Shown here: positions 1 to 15,010 of the stretch, piece by piece
Position numbering within the stretch: the stretch's first letter is position 1
Layout: every line of letters starts with the position of its first letter
Assembly (NCBI GenBank): GCA_951406725.2
Contig: OX597821.1
Location: 33,728,001 to 33,792,000, forward strand
Reading direction: 5' to 3'
From: Octopus vulgaris
Lineage: Eukaryota
DNA: 64,000 bases
Notes under the pieces: model-generated
The model's database searches: none
What the model saw: the letters and a program-made list of their open reading frames with translations, nothing else
Told to the model about the DNA's origin: nothing
Made by a program: the position numbers and the translations under genes

Positions 1-390
1 TTGTTTTTGGTGATAAGCTTGTGAGTGAGGAGAGCTTGGTGGAGAATCCACTTCTTCGCACTCCACAGATCCGGTCTCTTTCGCTGAATGTCTTCCCTCA
101 AACTCTTCAAAACGTTGCAATAGAATTCTTGATTGACGGTTTGGCCCAGGAGGATGAATTCTCAATGCACAATACCACATTTCCGGGCTTGATGCTTGTG
201 AAAGGTCTTCTAGATCACTCACTGTCTTCCAGGGACATTCTTCCACTTTTAAAGTGCCCATGTCACTCAAAACATTACTTCATCGCCATAAGCTTACCAA
301 AGCATGCTCAATGTCTTTGTAGCAGATTTTCCAAGTTTAACGCAAGATTTCATGTTGGCTCTTTGTTCCTGTCCATGACAAAATTGCAGA
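1..390 (-). mobile_element. Degenerate mariner transposase fragment
   Basis: EQRANMKSCVKLGKSATKTLSML.AYGDEVM (HTH) and IVH.EFI..GQTVNQEFYCNVLKSLRE.IQRKRPDLW (catalytic region). Confidence 0.75.
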
Positions 391-2707
391 CTACAGCATA
401 CATCATCATCATCATCATCATCATTGTTTAACATCCGCTTTCCATGCTAGCATGGGTTGGACGGTTTGACTGAGGACTGGCTGCACCAGGCTCTAATCTT
501 GATCTGGCAGAGTTTCTACAGCTGATTGCCCTTCCTAACGCCAACCACTCCGAGAGTGTAGTGGGTGCTTTTACTAGCCACCTGCACGGGGGCCTGTCAG
601 GGGTTACTGGCAACGGCCACGCTCAAATGGTGTTTTTTTACGTGCCAGCTGCACAAGAGCCAGTCCAGCAGCACTGGCAACGACCACGCTCGAATGTTTT
701 TTTACGTGCCTCCGGCACAAGTGCCAGTAAAGCGATGCTGGTAATGATCACGCTTGAATGGTACTGTTTACATGCCACCGGCCCATGTGATCGCAAAAAC
801 ACAAATTTCACAACTTGCGAAGTAAACACAGCGATGTCACTCAGTACATTGCCTCATGAAGGTCAATTCTCCCATTGCGCATGCAACTATAGAACTAGTC
901 CAGGAACTTTTCCATTCCGCCTTGTGCAAGTAACTGGAATCTTCCCAGTTTCTGAGTATAGTTGTTGGATGGATACAAAAACGTGACCAATGGTAGCCCA
1001 TAATCCTGTGAATCCTGTTACTGAAGGAATTTAGCCTAGGGAGGGGAGCCTAATAAATTTTTGATTAGAGAGGGTAAAAAGCCCTTCTCCATTTTACATT
1101 TCCAGTTTACATCACCATATGTTCAGAATGGTAGTAAACAAAGATAATAACACTAGGGAACACATATTTTAGTGAATGGTATCTGACACTTGATTCTAAG
1201 TAATTTGGGTGCACTGAATACGAATTTCAACTCGGCTTGGCTCTATCAGGTCCTGATTCTTGTCAACTTATGTGCCATTTTCTAGATTTTTCAAATTAGG
1301 ACTAAAAAATTAAGTCATGTGTTCAAATTTATTTTCAAGTTTCATAAATACAAGCTGTTCAAACTACTGTAAAATTGCTTTATAACAATAGAAATGACTT
1401 GAAATAAAATAAAAAAAAATAAAGAGATATGAAACGTTCACTCTGACAAAAATTTTCTTTTATAACACTTTCTAGTGTATTTGCTTGTTGTCTCTTTTCA
1501 AGCACCAACAATTATAATTATTGCATTATGTCCTTCAGTAAGATGTAGAACTTGTGATTGCTCTAGTTGGCAAACTGGGATAAGTCTTCATGACATGAGG
1601 AAAGAGAAAACATCCTGAAGTTACCAACGTCACTAGCAAAGCTGTTCGTTGGCTATACGACACTTTTTTAATGTTTATCATTGCACTGTCCTAAACATGA
1701 AAAAAAAAAAAAGAGTTCTTTGTCTGATGAAAAACTTTGCTTTTAACATCAAGATCCTTGTCTTCCTACAGCATTTATTCAAATTTGAGAACTTACCAAA
1801 TTACTTTCTACATTCAGTACATACTGTAAAGTGGTTGGCATTAGAAAGGGCATCCAGATGTAGAAAGCACACCAGACCTGATCCTGGAATATGATGCAGT
1901 ACTTGGACCCATCAGATCTAGTTAAGCCATTCAGCGATGTCAGCATAGAACATTGATGTTAAACAATGATGATAAATTATTTTTAGCCTTCTTGGATCCT
2001 GGTTTTTATTTGACTGTTTGACAAAATTTAGTTTTCATTTTTTAATTTACAGCTGAATATCAGATCAATTTGAGTTTTATAATGGAAATGGTGCAGATGA
2101 TAAGAAACTGTTTGGGAAATGGACTTCATTCATAATTCAAAGAGCCAACATTAAGGGCACAAGTGTTTATATGGAATACTCAGTTACTTCAGTGAGTTGG
2201 CAGTTCAGTTGATCAAACTATTGGAATGGGTGTTTAGCCCACATTATTCCATAAGGAGCATCGGGTTGGTTTCCTTGGTTTCCATGGAGTATATACTCCT
2301 CCCTGGACAGGATGCCAGTCCATCGTAGGATCACTCATTTTTACCAGCTGGGTGGACAGGAGCAATGTGAAATGAAGTGTTTTGTTCAAGAACACAGTGC
2401 ATTGCCTGATCCAGGAATCAAAAACCGCAATCCTACGATCATGAGTTGAACACCTTAACCACTAAACCACGCACCTCCACAGACAACTGGAATACTTACT
2501 ATTAAAACAGATGGAAATCCTCTTACTTAGATGATGAGGACAACAATGATGTTGATTTCTATTAATTTGAAGCTGAGGGCTTCAAATTCTGTGGGTGGAG
2601 TTATAGTTGGTTTTGTTGACTCTGCAAAGATGGGTTTAGAACTGAACATAAAAAGCCATGGCTAAATAATGCTCTCCTGATTCTGCTCCTCTAGTGGATG
2701 TAATAAT

Positions 2708-2907
2708 ATTGGTTCCAAATTCTGGTACAAGGCCAGCAATTCCAGGGGAAGGGATAAGTTGATTACATTGACCCTACTTATTTTATCGACCTCGAGAGAA
2801 TGAAAGGCAAAGTCAACCCTGGCAGAATTTGAACACAATTGCAGAGACGGATGAAATGCTGCTTAGTATTTTGCCTGGTATGCTAACAATTCTGGGAGCA
2901 TGCTGCC

Positions 2908-2951
<44 letters not shown>

Positions 2952-3700
2952 CCTTTTTATTATAGGCACAAGGCCTGAAATTTTGATGGCAGGGCCAGTC
3001 AATTAGATCAACCCCTGTACGCAACTGGTAACTTAATTTACTGACCCTGAAAAGATGAAAGGCAAAGTCAACCTTGGCGGAATTTGAACTCTGAATGTAC
3101 AGATGAACTAAATGTCGCTAAGCATTTTGCCCGCCATGCTAACGGTTCTGCCAGCTTGCTACCTTAGATAATAATAACAATAATCCTTTTTACTATAGGT
3201 ACAAGGCCTGAAATTTGGAGAAAGGGGATAGTCGATGACATTAACCCCAGCACTTAACTGTTACTTATTTTATCAACCTGAAAGGATGAAAGGCAAAGTC
3301 AACCTTGGCAGAGAGAAAGACAAAATGCCGCTTAGCATTTTGCCCACTGAGGTAATGATTCTGCCAGCTCACTGCCTTAATAATAATAATAATAGTAATA
3401 ATAATCCTTTCTACTATAGGCAAAAGACTTGAAATTTGGGGGAGGGGGATTAGTCAATTACATCGATCTCAGTACATAACTGGTACTTAACTTCATTGAC
3501 CCCAAAAGGATGGAAGGCAAAGTTGACCTTGGTGGAATTTGAACTCGGAATGTAGTGTCAGATGAAATAGTACTAAGCATTTTGCCTGATGCGCTAATGA
3601 TTTTGCCAGCTTCCTGCTTAATAATAATAAAAATGATAATAATAATAATGATAATACTAATCTTTTCTACTACAGGCACAAGGCCTGAAATTTGGAGTTG
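2708..3700 (-). mobile_element. Head-to-tail array of 4-5 family B SINEs separated by (AAT)n
   Basis: Repeated unit 'aataat-ccttt.tactataggcacaaggcctgaaattt...gatgaaaggcaaagtcaacc...ctgccagct', all in the same orientation. Confidence 0.85.
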
Positions 3701-5743
3701 GGGTTTGACTCACAGTTGGTAGGGTTAATAGGGTGCAGATGTACTTAACCAACTTAAATGTGCTCTGTTTGTACTGAGACATAGCACAGCGTTCCCGGTT
3801 GATTTACTGACACGTACCCTCACACTCTTTATATGCTTGAATGCAATACATTTTCAAATATAGAGTGACTTCCAGCTGTGGCCGTCCCATCTGTTGTTAT
3901 TCAAACTTTTGTATACCTAGGAATACATTAGACATGTCCTTTTGTAAGAGGACAGGTGCACGTGTGTGAGTTGAGGGAGATTTAGCTGCTATTTTTAGCA
4001 CATCAGAAGACTATTGACTTCTTTGTTTCTTGATGGCTCATCACTTAATATTCTTGTTCAGTTCCTGGCCAGCCCTCATCAAAGACACTTCAACTGTAGG
4101 ACCATCTAGTCACATCTAGAATTGCATTATGAAATGTATCCTTTTCCTTTTATAAGATAGTAAGGGAGATTTGACTGCTATATCTAGCAGGTCAGCAATC
4201 ACAGATGTTCTAGCATTGTTTTGTTTTACTTAGTAGTAGTAGTAGTAATGTGGTCTATTAATGTATATTTTAGGTAGGTGTTTGAAATGGTACATACATT
4301 ATTATTATTATAAAAGAATTAATTATTAAAAAAATAAAAGAATTAATTATTATTATTATTTAACCCAGTACCTTACCAGTACTCATTTTATCATTGAGGG
4401 TTTGATTAAATAAAGTTCAAGTACTAGGGTTTATATAATAGAATCTACCCTCCTGTCCCCACATTTTCAGACATCATAGAGTAGGGTAACATAAAATAAA
4501 ATAGTGTTAGGGCATGATATACAGCTGTGTGCGTGTGCACATACACGCGGGTACTGTCCAAATTTCCAACCAATCACATACAGCTAGCTGGCATTCAATT
4601 GCTATATCAAGTTTTGGGCATTTTGATTGGGTTTTGAATAGAAAACTCACAAAAAAGCCACTTCTATTGATTTTTTAATGGCTTTGCGGGGTGACTGGAG
4701 AAATGTAAAGATGTGCACGACCACCCTTGGACGGTTTGGAATGACCATAGAAAGTGTGTACCCTGTAACTGAAAAATTGTGGATTTGTATAAAGGACACA
4801 CACACACACAGACATTTTGCCGTTTATATATAGAGATAATGTGATTGACATAGTAAGGAAAGTTAAGGTAAGGACTTCGTTTAAGGTCTTAATATAATCC
4901 CATCTACTTACGACCGGATGGAATACCACACAGCCACATTTAATATCTTCATGGGTTGGACAGATTGACAGGAACTGGCAAAGCCAGGGGCTGCACTGGG
5001 TTCCATCCCTAGTCTGTTTTGGCTTGGTTTCTATGGCTGGATGCCATTCCCAATGCCAACCATTTTACAGAGTGTACTGGGTGCTTTTTATGTGGTACCA
5101 GCATCCACACCAATGGAACCTTTGTTTTAGGATCTCAGTTCTGTTGTGGTTGGCAGACCTTCTCAAGTACAGCAATGTGTCACATATCTTGGTCCTCTGT
5201 AGGCCTCCTTCCATTTCCATCTACCGATCCAGCCACAAGGCTTTGTTCTGCCCAAATCTATAGTAGGAGACATTTTCCCTTGATTCCACGCAGTGGGACT
5301 GAACCTGAAACCATGTGGTTGGGAAGCAAAGTTCTTACCACACAGCCACACTTGTGAATGGTGTTTTTTAATTTTTGTTTTACACAGTTGGGTGTAATTT
5401 GAAAGAGATTTAGCTATAATTTTTAGCAGGTCAAACAACCTTATAGGAGGCTGTCTTGTCTCAGCCAATTGTGTTTTTGTAGTTTGTGTGTAGGATGGTA
5501 TTTAGTTGTAGCAACTGTTGAAATTTTTTTCAAGTCCCCCCTACTGATAATTATTCCTCCCCACCTTCTGTTTTCCACAATACAATGACAGAAGTAAGTT
5601 TCAACCTATAAACCATATGGGTTGACTTGTAGGTCAGGATTGCTATAACTACTTAGCATTTTAATTATTCAAAAGCATAGTTTAGATATGGTTATTTCAA
5701 ACAACAATCTTTGTGAAATAAAATTTTGTAGGACAAGTCATGA

Positions 5744-5990
5744 CAAATTTTTCGAAAATTTTCACCGGAAATTTTACCCAAAAATTTTTGGAAAATTTTT
5801 GCAGAAAATTTTACCCAAAAATTTTCCGAAAATTTTCACCGAAAATCTTCCCCAAAAATTTTTCGAAAATTTTCCCCAAAATTTTTTCGAAAATCTTCCT
5901 CAAAAATTTTTTGAAAATTTTCACCAAAATTTTTTCGAAAATCTTCCTCAAAAATTTTTGAAAAATTTTCAGCAAAGATTTTCCCCCAAT
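5744..5990. repeat. A-tract/T-tract minisatellite (~12-bp subunits, e.g. aaaattttttcg aaaatcttcctc)
   Basis: About 20 imperfect copies of aaaa(t)4-6-NN; explains the FFENLPQK-repeat ORFs. Confidence 0.85.
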
Positions 5991-6027
5991 ATGTGAGCGT
6001 GTGTAGATTTTATATATGTGTATGTGA

Positions 6028-6090
<63 letters not shown>

Positions 6091-6872
6091 CCCGCGCACG
6101 CATATATGCGTGTATGTGCCCGAGTGTTGAATCTTAAAGGCCAGCTAAGGAGAATCATATGTGTAACCAACCATGAAGAATCAACAGTACAAAAAAATAA
6201 AATACCAATCTCTTTAAAACGGCAACCACTTTAAGGGTACGAGAATCACCATCCCACTACATTTACGTATTCAAAGCACTATGAATATGTAAATAGGCTT
6301 TGTGACTACTACTAAATTAAGGTCACAACAGAGAAATAGAATGTTCTTGAAGCTGAGGATTTTAAAACTGTAAATCAATCTTCCTCTATATTTGAGTAGT
6401 CAAAACATATACACCCAGTCATTCACACACACACACATACTCATACACCCACCCACACTCATATACACATAACATACACCAGATATGGAAAGAAATATGG
6501 AAATAGCATAAAAGGTAGAATAAAGTAGAAACAGAAGTTTTCTTGTTAAGAATAGATCAAATCTACATTTGTTTCTAGTTAGCTTCTTTTTTTATTTGTT
6601 CCTTACATTAAATATGGTAATGTTAACTGAACTATTGTTCATGTGGATGGTAGCTGAATTATTTTAATTTCTAAACAAACATTGGTGCCGATGTGGCTGT
6701 GTAGTTAAGAAGCTTGCTTCCTAACCATGTGGTCTTGGGTTCAGTCCCACTGTGCAGCACCTTAGGTAAGTGTCTTCTACTATAACCCAGGACCGACCAC
6801 GGCCTTGTTGGTGGATTTGGTTGATGGAAACTGCAAAGAAGCCATGTATGTATGTATGTCTGTATGCATGCA

Positions 6873-6933
<61 letters not shown>

Positions 6934-7208
6934 TTGTCTTGTTCTCCAATGCTTGACAGCTGGTGGTGATTCGTGTAAGCCCCCATAACTTAGTTGTTCA
7001 GCAAAAGAGACCAATATAATAAGTACCAGGCTTTAACAAAAAATGTGTTGGGGTTGATTTGTTCAATAAAAAATCCTTCAAGGTGGTGCCCAGCATGTCT
7101 GAAACAAGTAAATGGTGAAAGATAATTATATTTTTCTATGTCAACCTGTATGCATTTTTGCACATCTACTTAGTGATTCTATCATACCTGTTAATACAAT
7201 GAAGTCTA

Positions 7209-7253
7209 TGCTTTGCTGATGAGATCATAAGAAGGCCGAAACATGCCTGGAGT
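7209..7253 (+). ncRNA. Degenerate minimal hammerhead motif
   Basis: gctttg-CTGATGA-gatc ataagaa ggcc-GAAA-catgcc-tggagt. Both core boxes are intact; the stems and the GUC cleavage triplet are eroded by transitions. Confidence 0.4.
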
Positions 7254-8979
7254 TCTGGTATTTGCCAAACTTGTGTAAAATAATATTAATCAGTGACTAA
7301 TTTGTTTTAGTTCTAATTAGATTTTTACAATTGTCTGGATCAACTATGTGAAGACTAACTTCAAATATATTTACAATCACCACCTCTCTCTTTACTCTTT
7401 TACTTGTTTCAGTCATGCTGCGGCCATGCTGGAGCACCACCTTTAGTCAAACAAATCGACTCCAGGACTTATTCTTTGTAAGCCTAGTACTTAATCTATC
7501 GGTTTCTCTTTTGCCAAACTGCTAAGTTACGGAGATGTAAACACCAACATCGGTTGTCAAGCGAATTTGGAAGGACAAACACACACATATATAGATATAT
7601 ACATATATACGACAGGCTTCTTTCAGTTACCGTTTACCAAATCCACTCACAAGGCTTTGAGGCTATAGTAGAAGACACTTGCCCAAGGTGCCACGCAGTG
7701 GGACTGAACCCTGAACCATGTGGTTCATAAGCAAGCTACTTACCATGCAGCCACTCCAGCACCTCTGTTCATCATTCACTATATTTATTGTTATCCCCAC
7801 TCCCAGCCTTCTGTCACTCTCCAGTATACAAAGTTTAAATTTTTTAGTTACCTAGAAATTATGTTAAAAAACTGCCGTTCAAACCGAAAAGATCAGAACT
7901 CTGACCCTCAGTTATCTCCCCTTCCCAGTCCAGACGGTTTCCAAAAATTATTCAAAATAAATATGACAAGATACATCCAACCATATTTTAATATATTTGT
8001 TTTTATATATTTTTGGTACGTTTTTTTTTTTTCCGTGTTAGCATGATTTAGATAATCTTAATATGAGATATTTGCATATAAATATTATGTAAATTGGATA
8101 TTTGCATCGATTATTATTAAGGCAGATGCTGTTACTGTTGTCACTGTTAAAACGACATTTCTAACTTCCATTAATGAGTTTTAATGATAAAATTTGATGA
8201 AAATTAATTTGATCAAATTATCAAAATATTCTGAGATTGTGTGTCATCAATGGTACTTATGTGCATGATAGTGTGTGTGTATGTGGTCATATGTGAGTAT
8301 GCATGTGTGATAATGAGTGTGTGGCAATGTATATGCATGTATATATGTGTGTGGGAGTAAATAAGTATGTGTAGTTGTGAGTGTATGTGTATGTGTGTAC
8401 TTTGCCCTGTGTGTGTATGTGCTGTAATTTGTGTGTGGCACTGTGCTTATGTGTGTATGTGTGTGTGTGTGCATGCACGACAATGTGTATGCGTGTACGT
8501 GTGTGCTATGTCCTTGGCAAGATCTCTTGTTGCATTTCTCTGGCAGCAGAAACGGTAAATAATGGCTGTGTTGACATGCCAATGGTTGCAGCGATGTGGG
8601 TGTAGGGGCAGCGGTATTCACTTGTGGTAGTGGTGGTGGTAGTAGTAGAAGTAGTAGTATTTGTAGACATGGTGGTATTAGTGGTTGTGGTGGTGATAGT
8701 AGTAATATTGTAGTTACTAAAAGGTAGCTAACTGGCAGAAACGTTAGCACGCTGGGTGAAATGCTTAGCGGTATTTCATCTGTCTTTGTGTTCTGAGTTC
8801 AAATTCCGCCAAGGTCAACTTTGCCTTTCATCCTTTTGGGGTCGATAAATTAAATACCAGTTGCATATTGGGTTCGATCTAATCGACTGGCCCCCTCACA
8901 AAAAATTTCAGGCCTTGTGCCTAGAGTAGAAAAGAATATTGTAGTTATTATAATTTTGAAGGAATAAAAACAGCAACAT

Positions 8980-9352
8980 AGGTGCAGGAGTGGCTGTGTG
9001 GTAAGTAGCTTGCTAACCAACCACATGGTTCTGGGTTCAGTCCCACTGCGTGGATATCTTGGGCAAGTGTCTTCTGCTATAGCCCCGGGTCGACCAATGC
9101 CTTGTGAGTGGATTTGGTAGACAGAAACTCAAAGAAGCCCGTCGTATATATGTATATATATATATGTATGTGTCTGTGTTTGTCCCCCTAGCATTGCTTG
9201 ACAACCGATGCTGGTGTGTTTACGTCCCCGTCACTTAGCGGTTCGGCAAAAAGACCGATAAAATAAGTACTGGGCTTACAAAGAATAAGTCCCAGGGTCG
9301 ATTTGCACGACTAAAGGCGGTGCTCCAGCATGACTGAAACAAGTAAAAGAGA
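8980..9352 (+). mobile_element. SINE family C (tRNA-like head 'gtggctgtgtggtaag...ggttcagtccc', internal TA/TG microsatellite, AAAAG tail); many copies, e.g. ~6690-7110, 7390-7760, 12335-12660, 13140-13562, 23868-24249, 28144-28665, 29120-29470, 44716-45092
   Basis: A-box/B-box-like head and a highly repeated body on both strands. Confidence 0.85.
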
Positions 9353-9599
9353 GAGCAACGACTATTGTGCCAGGGTTGTAGGCATAATTGTGGTTGTGGT
9401 AGTTGTTTGTAGTGGTGATGTGGTAGTAAGGTATAGAGAATAGTTTTGCGATGGTGAGTGTAGTGAATGTAGTCTTGCAGTGGTGGTAGTAGCTGTAACA
9501 ATGTGATGGTAATTGTAGTGTTTTGGTAGTGGGTGTTGTGTGTGTGTGTGTGAATGTGCCTATGCATGTGTGTATATGTATGCGTGAATTGTAGTGTTT

Positions 9600-9639
9600 G
9601 GGTTGTACAGGTGTGTGTATGTATGTGAACGTGCATATG

Positions 9640-9678
<39 letters not shown>

Positions 9679-9931
9679 ACACATACACATATGTGGAAGT
9701 AGGTACAATTGTATGTATGCATGTATGTACATGTGTGCACATGTATATATGTACATGTGTGTACATATATATGTGTAAGTGTAGGTATGTACTTACACAT
9801 TAAATTGTATATACGTCAATGTGTGTGTATGTAAATATATATATACACACGTGAGTATATATATGTGTACATGTGTGTGAGTGTATATATATATATATAT
9901 ACATGCATATATATGTGTATATATGTATGTG

Positions 9932-9969
<38 letters not shown>

Positions 9970-10015
9970 CATATATACGTGAGTATATATATATGTGTGT
10001 ACATATGTGTGTATG

Positions 10016-10054
<39 letters not shown>

Positions 10055-10157
10055 GTGTGTATGTATGTATGCATATATATATATATACATGTGTGTATGT
10101 ATGTATGCATATATATATATACATATGTGTGTATGTATATATATATATATACATATG

Positions 10158-10202
<45 letters not shown>

Positions 10203-10548
10203 GTGTATATATATATATACATATGTATGTATGTATGTGTATATATATATATACATATGTATGTATGTATGTGTATATATATATACATATGTATGTATGT
10301 ATGTGTATATATATATATACATATGTATGTATGTGTATATATATATATATACATATGTATGTATGTATGTGTATATATATATATATATACATATGTATGT
10401 ATGTATGTGTATATATATATATATATACATATGTGTGTATGTATGTATATATATGAGTATATATGTGTACATATGTATTGTGAGTTCGTATATGTGCTTG
10501 TGTATGTATGTACAGGTGTGTGTGTATATGTATGTATGTATGTATGTA
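9600..10548. repeat. Compound (TA)n/(TATG)n/(TG)n microsatellite with a ~30-bp higher-order period
   Basis: Repeating (at)n-acat-(atgt)3-gt units; source of the YI/HT/CV-rich spurious ORFs. Confidence 0.95.
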
Positions 10549-10799
10549 AACCAATAGTCCACTGTAGTATTTACCTGTGGGGTTGGTCACTATTGAAAAG
10601 AAAGGAATTCTGCATTACAGAAAACACAATTCTATATCATAAGTGGTTGGGATAGATATATACCTGTTTCCATATCAATGAAACTCACCTTCAGTATTCA
10701 ATTAGTTTTGTGATATTTGATGATACTGTAATATTTTTATGTATATTACCAGGGGACACAGCTTGGCTATCTATGGCAATATGCATGTATGTATGTGTG

Positions 10800-10874
<75 letters not shown>

Positions 10875-11975
10875 ATGTATGTATGACTAACTAATGAAAT
10901 GTGCTATAGTAGTGGCTGTAACGTTAAGGAACAACAGGTGTTACATGTTCCTTAGGGCAAGGACTCTAAATAACACCGTTGTAATCTAGCAACAGAGCAG
11001 GTAAGTAATGTGTGTGTGATACAGCAATGATCATACTGTTAAGTACAAGAATCTGAAATGAAGACTTTCTAAGCAAGGATGATTAAAGAAGTAATGGCCA
11101 CATAGAACCAGTGTTGAGTGTAAGATGAAGAATTTTGCATCACAACTCTGTAATTCCATGTCTGGTCTGCTTTTGAAGCATTTTTGGCAAATATCTTCTA
11201 CGGTAACTTCGGATTGACTGATGTTTTGTAAGGGAAATTTGATTGATGGAAACCATGCCGAAGACCGTTTTATATCATCATCATCATCATCATTTAATAT
11301 TTGTGTTTCATGCTGGCATGAGTTGGATGGTTAAACAGGAGCTGGTAAGCCAGAGGACTGCATTGAACTTGTCTGCCTGCTTTTGGCATTGTTTCTATGG
11401 CTGGATGCCCTTCCTAATATCAACCACTTTAAAGAGTGTACTGGGTACTTTTTATGTAGTACTGTAAGTGTAGATATGTACTTACACATTAAATTGTATA
11501 TATGTTTGAATGTGTGTATGTATATATATATACACACACATGTGAGTATATATATGTGTACATATGTATGTGAATGTCATCATCATCATTGTTTAACATC
11601 CGTTCTCCATGCTAGCATGGGTTGGACGGTTCGACCGGGGATCTGGGAAGCCAGAAGGCTGCACTAGGCTCCGGTCTTATCTGGCAATGTTTCTACAGCT
11701 GGATGCCCTTCCTAACACCAACCACTCCGTGAGTGTAGTGGGTGCTTTTTACGTGCCACCTGCACTGGTGCCAGGCGAGGCTGGATCGGCCACGGTCGGA
11801 TTGGTGCATTTTATGTGCCACCTGCACAGAAGCCAGTCGAGGCGGCACTGGCTTTGGCCACAATCCTATATATATATATTATACATGAGTATATATATGT
11901 GTACATATGTGTGTGTATATATATATATACATACATACATATATACGTCAGTATATATATATATGTGTATATATG

Positions 11976-12022
<47 letters not shown>

Positions 12023-12432
12023 ATGATGATGATATATGAGTATATATGTGTACATATGTATTGTGAGTTTGTATATGCTGGTGTTTTATATATACAATTA
12101 GTACTGCATCATTACAGCTACCACCACCATTGTTTAATTATAATCACCACCTCACCACCACAAAACTAATCACTATAGCAAGTTCCCTCAGCTGTAAATA
12201 TGCCACCCTGTGACCGACTAGTTTTCCAACCAGGGGAATGCTGGTTTGCTTGCCTAGCCAGTGGGGTAGCACCATTCGAAACCTAAAACAATGCAAAGTA
12301 CATTGTGAACAGTGATATGTAACGTACAATAGCCTGGTCTTTTGCCGAACTGCTAAGTTATGGGGACATAAATAGACCAGCATCTGTTGTCAAGCAATAG
12401 TGGGGGGTTCAAACACAGACACACAAACATAT

Positions 12433-12498
<66 letters not shown>

Positions 12499-12776
12499 CA
12501 CGACCGGCTTCTTTCAGTTTGTCTACCAAATCCACTCACAAGGCTTTGGTCGGCCCAAGGCTATAGTAGTAGTAGACACTTGCCCAAGGTAGCATGCAGT
12601 GGGCCTGAACCCAGAAACATGTAGTTGATAAGCAAACTACTTACCACACAGCCACTCCTATGTCTAAAATTTATTATGACCCCAACGTAATTCAAACACG
12701 CATCCTTCTCATCCATGGTTAGATGCGTCACTGTTGCACCACATATCTATATCTATATACATACATACATACATTT

Positions 12777-12827
<51 letters not shown>

Positions 12828-14699
12828 TCATCCAAATGTGATTTTTGCATAATAAATTTTCTCTGTCTGATGAATTTCTCATAGGAAATTCCTTGTATGT
12901 CTATCTAACTGTCTAACATGTAAATCTTTGTAATTCCGATTAGCAAACGAAACATGAGTAATGGAGAATAAATAATGCCACAAAATTTCCACTTTCCTTT
13001 TATACATACATGTATATAAAACGGAGATGTATTTGCATAGCAAGTGTTTTGATCTGAGATCTTTTGTTGAAACCGAAGCCATTCCAGCATAGATGACATA
13101 AATTAATCATTCAGAAACACACAAAGACTGTCAACTTCATTCTTTTACTTGTTTCAGTCATCTGACTGCGGCCATGCTGGAGCACCGCCTTCAGTCGAGC
13201 AATTTGACCCCAGGACTTATTCTTTGGAAGCCTAGTACTTATTCTATCGGTGTATTTTGCCGAACCACTAAGTTACAGGAACGTAAACACACCAGCATCG
13301 GTTGTTAAGCGATGTTGGGGGGACAAACACAGACACACAAACATATACACACACACATATATATATATATATACATATATATATGACAGGATTCTTTCAG
13401 TTTCCGTCTACCAAATCCACTCACAAGGCTTTGGTTGGCCCGAGGCTATAGTAGAAGACACTTGCCCTAGTAGAAGCAACTTGCCCAAGGTGCCACACAG
13501 TGGGACTGAACCTAGAACCATGTGGTTGGTAAGCAAGTTACTTACCACACAACCACTCCTGCACGTATGTAAATATTTATTTATAACTAACAGAGATACC
13601 CAGCATTGCTCAGGATTTAAATGGCATAGTTTGTATATCTGGTACAGTTAAGTTGAAACATGACACACGGAAGTGTAGCATTGACAACAAAACATTTGTT
13701 GAGTAAATGAAGGGCTAATTCAGCAAAGTGACACGTCATGGTTCTGTTTGAAAGATTACAGGCCCTAACCTTGTCCTGGAAAAGTGGGTAGGAGTATGTG
13801 ATTTTTGAATGCACCAAAAATGCTCTCAATGGATATGCTCTCCTTTTGTGGCTGTTGGCGCTGCCACTACCATACTGAACAATCAGCAGACATAGGAACT
13901 ACATCTGTGTGATAAATTAAGCCTGTGGGCATGCTCAACAGCACCACGTAAGAGAAATCTATATGAAAGAGATGATGTGATAAGTGGGGCAGTTGGCAAG
14001 GAAGTGCATGTAAACAACACTATCATGCGATATTTTAGTTTCAAATCAATACTCGTGGCTCAACCATACACTCCTTCACGTAAACAGTGTGTGACCATTG
14101 CAAGGACAACTCAGCTCGACCAAAAATAATTTTGCATGCAGTGTCCAGGCACGCAAGGTCACAGTAAGGACATAGTCTCTAACTAACATGGTTGGGTCTT
14201 AGACACCATAAATTAACCCTTTAGTATTCGCATTATTCTGCCAAAATGAAATTTTTTTAATCCACATTGCTTTGAACTAATCAAGCATTATCTTGTAGCT
14301 ATGAGATTTTGATAAGGTAGCTGTTAATTTTTAAAACGATATTGTAGGGCTGGTGTGAGAAACCAGATCTGGCCAGTTTGAACATAAAACAGGCAGAATA
14401 CTTTTGGCCGGATATGGCCGGTTTAAATGCTAAAGGGTTAATAGGTTAATATACATGTGATATTTCGGTTTGTAATCAATAGCTGAAGAATATATGTACA
14501 GGCTTTGTCTATGCTTAGAAGGAAGTCTTTCATACCGACGCTACAAGAAAACAATTGAATAGTTCCTCAGGATTTAACATATTTTAGCATATATTTCATA
14601 ATAAACTTAATGCATTCCAAACGGTTTATTCCAACAAATTGCTACCTATGTCACTACAGGAACAGGCCATTATTGCTACTACTTCGACAACACAATTTG

Positions 14700-15010
14700 A
14701 AGTCTACATGGGTTCATCCATTTAATACAACTTACTGCTTTTTCCAGTTTGAGCAGAAGCAATGTGTAGACAATGCAGACGGTCATATGTATCCCAAGAT
14801 TTCCACACACATCTGCAATATTTTCTCAGTTCTGCTAGTTATGGGTTCTCCCAGAACATTCGTCAATATCGACATTTTTTTGGCCATCATGAAACATTTG
14901 TACACTTGTGTGTGACTCATACGCTCCTCTCCATATACTTTCAGCAACTTTGCATAGGCCTCTCAGCAGGTATCGTCATGACAACTTTCTCTGTCATGGT
15001 CAATGCGATG
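14700..15010 (-). mobile_element. Degenerate mariner transposase N-terminus
   Basis: EAYAKLLKVYGEERMSHTQVYK..FHDGQKNVDIDECSGR. Confidence 0.65.

Noticed and set aside
5688-5996. FFENLPQK-repeat protein
   Set aside because: Product of a stop-free minisatellite; no splice signals or domain evidence.
9235-10655. Long ORFs (up to 265 aa) rich in Y/I/H/T/C/V
   Set aside because: Read-through of (TA)/(TG)/(TATG) microsatellites in multiple frames on both strands; no protein features. The same applies near 33.3, 34.4, 48.7 and 50.7 kb.
12860-12900. CTGATGA...GGAAA as a hammerhead
   Set aside because: The GAAA is consumed by the local hairpin, and I could not build stems I and III.
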